DNA from: Candidatus Paracaedimonas acanthamoebae
Lineage (GTDB): Bacteria; Pseudomonadota; Alphaproteobacteria; Caedimonadales; Caedimonadaceae
Length of the DNA stretch: 32,000 nt
NCBI GenBank assembly: GCA_000743035.1
Contig: CP008936.1
Span: 360,001 to 392,000 of the forward strand
Reading direction: 5' to 3'
Shown here piece by piece: positions 28,749 through 32,000 of this stretch (position 1 is the first letter of the stretch; every line of letters begins with the position of its first letter). The notes under the pieces are model-generated. The model did not search any database. It had not been told where the DNA came from and was given only the letters and a program-made list of their open reading frames with translations. The position numbers and the translations under genes are program-made.

Positions 28749-28935
28749 GGTTCAGAAAAAAGTTCGCATTACGCAAATCGCAAGTGCAAATCGTCGCCCT
28801 GCTAGCCAAACAGCTGTATTGATTGGGTTGGGATTAAATAAGTTGCATCGTACACGAGAGCTAGAAGATACACCTTCTGTTCGTGGTATGATTAATAAAG
28901 TAAAACACCTCTTGCGTGTTGAAGAGAATTTTTAG
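28741..28935 (+). CDS. rpmD: 50S ribosomal protein L30
   Basis: Start set at ATG 28741, an 8-nt overlap with rps[24 protein letters not shown]...LGLNKLHRT fits L30. Confidence 0.9.
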   Translation: MTKVQKKVRITQIASANRRPASQTAVLIGLGLNKLHRTRELEDTPSVRGMINKVKHLLRVEENF

Positions 28936-28949
28936 TTTAAGGTATTCAA

Positions 28950-29426
28950 ATGAAATTAAATGAGATACGTGATAACGCTGGCGCTATACATGCGAGAAAG
29001 CGTGTAGGTCGAGGGTTAGCTTCTGGTCTTGGAAAGACATCCGGTAAGGGGCAAAAAGGACAAAAGGCACGTACAGGTGTCTCTATTAAAGGTTTTGAGG
29101 GAGGGCAGAACCCTCTTTATAGGCGTCTTCCAAAACGCGGATTTAATAACATATTTCGTGTTGAGTATGAAGAAGTTACCCTAGGTCGCCTTCAAGCTGC
29201 TTTAGATAAGGGACTTCTTGATCCTAAAGTTGAGCTTACTGAAGCGGTCTTACGTGAAAAAGGAATTGTTAGAAGCACTTCCAATGGTGTAAAGCTGCTT
29301 GCATCAGGAACGCTCACAAGCCCTGTGACCTTAAAGATCAGCAAAGCAACAAAAGGGGCTCTTGAAGCCGTTGAAAAAATAAAGGGTAAAGTGGAACTTT
29401 TAGAACCTCTTACATCTAAGGAATAA
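28950..29426 (+). CDS. rplO: 50S ribosomal protein L15
   Basis: MKLNEIRDNAGA...RVGRG..SG.GKTSG.G.KGQKAR is canonical L15. Confidence 0.96.
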   Translation: MKLNEIRDNAGAIHARKRVGRGLASGLGKTSGKGQKGQKARTGVSIKGFEGGQNPLYRRLPKRGFNNIFRVEYEEVTLGRLQAALDKGLLDPKVELTEAVLREKGIVRSTSNGVKLLASGTLTSPVTLKISKATKGALEAVEKIKGKVELLEPLTSKE

Positions 29427-29428
29427 AG

Positions 29429-30760
29429 ATGTCCTCTGTCGTTGAGCAATTTGCTACAAATTTTGATCTCAGCGCTTTTAAGAAAGCTGACGATCTCAAA
29501 AAAAGATTATGGTTCACGCTGCTTGCTCTTCTTGTGTTTCGCTTTGGAACTTATCTTCCTTTGCCCGGCATCGATGCTTTAATCATGCAAGCGATTGCAA
29601 CGAAGCAATCAACAGGTATTCTAGGAATCTTTGACAAATTTTCTGGTGGTGCCCTTGGTCGTATGACCATTTTTGCTTTGGGAATTATGCCTTATATTTC
29701 TTCAAGTATTATTGTTCAGCTTTTAACGGCTGTATCGCCGCAGCTTGAGGCCCTTAAGAAAGAAGGGGAGTCAGGTCGCAAGAAAATCAATCAGTATACT
29801 CGTTATGGAACCGTCTTTTTAGCGACTGTTCAAGCTTGGGGAATTGCTGTTGCTCTAGAATCACTTCCAGAGCAGCCGGTTATTGATCCAGGTTTCTTAT
29901 TTAGATTTTCTGCAGTTGTTACATTGGCCGGAGGGACGCTCTTTTTGATGTGGTTGGGTGAACAAATTACGCAACGTGGCATAGGAAACGGCGTATCACT
30001 TATTATCTTTGCTGGTATCGTTGCAGGGATGCCTCATGCTATTGCCTCTACGCTCGAATTAGGCCGTCAAGGGACTCTTAAGCCTCTTTTAATTTTTGGC
30101 GTTGTCCTGATGCTTGCGTTAGCACTTACGTTTATTGTCTTTATGGAGCGCGCTCAACGACGGATTTATATTCAATATCCAAAGCGTCAGGTGGGTATGA
30201 AAATTTATGGGGGGCAAAGTTCTCATCTACCAATGAAAATTAATACCTCTGGTGTTATTCCTCCGATCTTTGCAAGCTCTCTTTTGCTTTTGCCTGTTAC
30301 AATTGCAAACTTTGGAGCAAGTTATAGTCCTGACAGCTTTTTAGCAAAAATTGCAGCGTATGTAGGGCCAGGACAACCTCTCTACTATGCCTTTTTTATT
30401 GGTTTAATTGTCTTTTTTTCTTTCTTTTATACTGCTGTTGTTTTTAATCCATCTGAAACAGCTGAAAATCTTAAGAAAAATGGAGCAATTGTTCCAGGGT
30501 ATCGTCCAGGTCTTAATACGGCAGAACATCTTGATTATGTTTTAACGCGGTTAACAGTTATTGGGGCTGCTTATCTTGCTGTCATTTGTACAGTTCCGGA
30601 ATACTTTATTACGCGACATTCTTTGCCCTTTTATCTTGGAGGCACAAGCTTATTAATCGTTGTCAGTGTGAGTATTGATACCGTTGCTCAGATCCAAGCT
30701 CATTTACTTGCTCATCAATATGAGGGACTGATTCGTAAATCACGCCTAAAGGATAAATAA
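29429..30760 (+). CDS. secY: Preprotein translocase subunit SecY
   Basis: 443 aa with 10 TM segments. Contains ...LGIMPYISSSIIVQLL... and ...GEQITQRGIGNGVSLIIFAGI... motifs. Confidence 0.97.
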   Translation: MSSVVEQFATNFDLSAFKKADDLKKRLWFTLLALLVFRFGTYLPLPGIDALIMQAIATKQSTGILGIFDKFSGGALGRMTIFALGIMPYISSSIIVQLLTAVSPQLEALKKEGESGRKKINQYTRYGTVFLATVQAWGIAVALESLPEQPVIDPGFLFRFSAVVTLAGGTLFLMWLGEQITQRGIGNGVSLIIFAGIVAGMPHAIASTLELGRQGTLKPLLIFGVVLMLALALTFIVFMERAQRRIYIQYPKRQVGMKIYGGQSSHLPMKINTSGVIPPIFASSLLLLPVTIANFGASYSPDSFLAKIAAYVGPGQPLYYAFFIGLIVFFSFFYTAVVFNPSETAENLKKNGAIVPGYRPGLNTAEHLDYVLTRLTVIGAAYLAVICTVPEYFITRHSLPFYLGGTSLLIVVSVSIDTVAQIQAHLLAHQYEGLIRKSRLKDK

Positions 30761-31434
30761 TGATAAATGTTATTATCCTTGGGCCGCCAGGTGCTGGAAA
30801 AGGGACACAAGCCCGTTTGATCCAAGAAAAGTTTGGTTATGTTCAAATTAGTACAGGCGATTTAATTCGCCAAGAAATTGCGTCGGGCTCTGAGCTTGGG
30901 AAACATCTTCAGCCTATTGTAAATGCTGGTGGTTATCTTGATGATAAGATCATGCTAGAGCTTTTAGAGAATAAGCTTAAAACTGTTAGAACAGGGGCGA
31001 TTCTTGATGGTCTTCCTAGGACAGAAAATCAAGCGAATGCCTTGTATGAGATGTTGAAAAATAATCATCAACAGGTAGATTTAGTCATTGAGTTAAAAGT
31101 AGATAAAGATATTCTTGCAAAAAGGATTGCTGGTCGTTTTTCTTGTGCAAATTGTGGTGCAATCTATAACGAGTATTTTAATCCACTTGCAAGTGAAGGA
31201 AAGTGTGATCATTGCCAGGGAACAGAATTTACCAGGCGAAAAGATGATGCTTTAGAAGTCGTTTACAAGCGACTTGATATATATTATGAGAAAACCCAAC
31301 CTTTGCTTAGCTACTATGAAAAAAATGGTCAGTTAAGCCAAGTAGATGGAATGCAATCAGTTGACGATGTGGCGTCACAAATTGAGGTGTTAATTAAAAA
31401 ATATCTCAAAAAACCACAAGTGTGTGTAAACTAG
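30760..31434 (+). CDS. adk: Adenylate kinase (long form with Cys4 lid)
   Basis: P-loop GPPGAGKGTQ. The lid carries C-A-N-C ... C-D-H-C. The start overlaps the secY stop. Confidence 0.95.
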   Translation: MINVIILGPPGAGKGTQARLIQEKFGYVQISTGDLIRQEIASGSELGKHLQPIVNAGGYLDDKIMLELLENKLKTVRTGAILDGLPRTENQANALYEMLKNNHQQVDLVIELKVDKDILAKRIAGRFSCANCGAIYNEYFNPLASEGKCDHCQGTEFTRRKDDALEVVYKRLDIYYEKTQPLLSYYEKNGQLSQVDGMQSVDDVASQIEVLIKKYLKKPQVCVN

Positions 31435-31437
31435 GCC

Positions 31438-31465
31438 TTGACTTCTCAAGTTTGATGCCTATAAA
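31438..31465 (+). promoter_or_regulatory. Candidate sigma70 promoter for rpsM-rpsK (alpha operon)
   Basis: TTGACT, a 16-nt spacer, then TATAAA, immediately after the adk stop and 46 nt upstream of the rpsM GTG. Confidence 0.35.
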
Positions 31466-31510
31466 TTGCTTTCTTTGAAAGCATTAATTAATGAATTAAG
31501 GAGAAAAGCC

Positions 31511-31879
31511 GTGGCTCGTATAGCAGGCGTCAACATTCCTACACAAAAGCGAGTGATTATAGGTCTAACTTATATTTATGGGTTAGGTCCAGCGAAAGCC
31601 AAAGAAATTTGCTCAAGCATTGGGATACCGGAAAGTCGACGTGTTAAGGATTTAACAGAAGATGAAGTGCTTAAGATTCGTGAATGTATCGATTCAACAT
31701 ATAAAGTTGAAGGTGATTTGCGACGTGAAGTTTCAATGAATATTAAACGGTTGACAGACCTTGGTTGTTATCGAGGGCTACGTCATCGTAAAGGCTTACC
31801 TGTTAGAGGACAGAGAACGCATACCAATGCACGTACGCGTAAAGGTAAAGCTGTCGCGATTGCAGGTAAGAAGAAGTAA
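31511..31879 (+). CDS. rpsM: 30S ribosomal protein S13
   Basis: Start set at GTG 31511, 7 nt after AAGGAG. (M)[19 protein letters not shown] is canonical S13. Confidence 0.95.
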   Translation: MARIAGVNIPTQKRVIIGLTYIYGLGPAKAKEICSSIGIPESRRVKDLTEDEVLKIRECIDSTYKVEGDLRREVSMNIKRLTDLGCYRGLRHRKGLPVRGQRTHTNARTRKGKAVAIAGKKK

Positions 31880-31903
31880 TTTTGACGAGATAGGATACAA
31901 AGA

Positions 31904-32000
31904 ATGGCCAAGCCAGCAACAAGAATTCGACGTCGTGAGCGTAAAAATATTACCTCCGGTGTGGCGCATATTAATGCTACTTTCAATAATACAATGATTA
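31904..32000 (+). CDS. rpsK: 30S ribosomal protein S11, N-terminal fragment (continues beyond window)
   Basis: [32 protein letters not shown] is a canonical S11 N-terminus, truncated by the window end. Confidence 0.93.
   Translation, partial: MAKPATRIRRRERKNITSGVAHINATFNNTMI

Noticed and set aside
31132-31218. Cys4 (CxxC...CxxC) lid in adenylate kinase as something unusual
   Set aside because: Zinc-binding long-lid Adk variants are well known in many bacteria. This is not evidence of anything novel.
22198-31510. Upstream extensions of the rplB (22198), rpsE (28167), rpmD (28630) and rpsM (31466) ORFs, plus alternate-frame ORFs 24522-24794, 27077-27283, 27628-27855 and 31761-31997 and antisense ORFs in this region
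   Set aside because: The canonical N-termini begin at internal ATG or GTG codons placed just after the preceding gene's stop and with good RBS spacing. The extensions would overlap upstream genes. The other frames lie inside conserved r-protein genes.
1-32000. Search by eye for tRNA, rRNA, transposase, integrase, toxin-antitoxin or defence-system genes
   Set aside because: None recognised. No cloverleaf-like GC-rich segments appear in the intergenic regions, and no ORF carries DDE, tyrosine-recombinase, nuclease or ATPase defence hallmarks. Absence is based on visual inspection only.

Overview
Low-GC (about 40% by eye) chromosome segment with alphaproteobacterial-type translation genes. The repeats and eukaryote-like motifs suggest an intracellular or amoeba-associated lineage (inference only). 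The right half (15.9-32 kb) is an ordinary, intact str-S10-spc-alpha ribosomal superoperon: rpsL-rpsG-fusA-tuf-rpsJ...rplO-secY-adk-rpsM-rpsK, with no rpmJ or infA between adk and rpsM. Its one oddity is sharply G-ending codon usage confined to tuf. The left half (1-15.9 kb) looks accessory. It holds a Sec-signal protein with an FAPPPPPPPPG tract plus a small downstream ORF. Next is a 1.4 kb non-coding, pyrimidine-skewed nest of two families of hairpin-bearing MITE/REP-like repeats. Then come a lipobox-bearing pentameric ligand-gated ion channel (Cys-loop family) homologue, a 978-aa AsmA-like protein, an ArsB/NhaD-type permease and a four-gene MCE/Mla-type lipid ABC transporter with a STAS-MlaE fusion. 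It ends with a BI-1/YccA protein, a 421-aa protein with a eukaryotic-type F-box-like motif, and about 0.9 kb without a credible gene upstream of rpsL. An imperfect inverted repeat of about 60 bp brackets the 12 kb block from the channel gene to the F-box gene. I saw no rRNA, tRNA, CRISPR array, transposase or recognisable defence genes. The most novel candidates are putative host-interaction proteins and the repeat architecture, not a clear multi-gene system. All homology calls rest on motif recognition by eye and need database confirmation.
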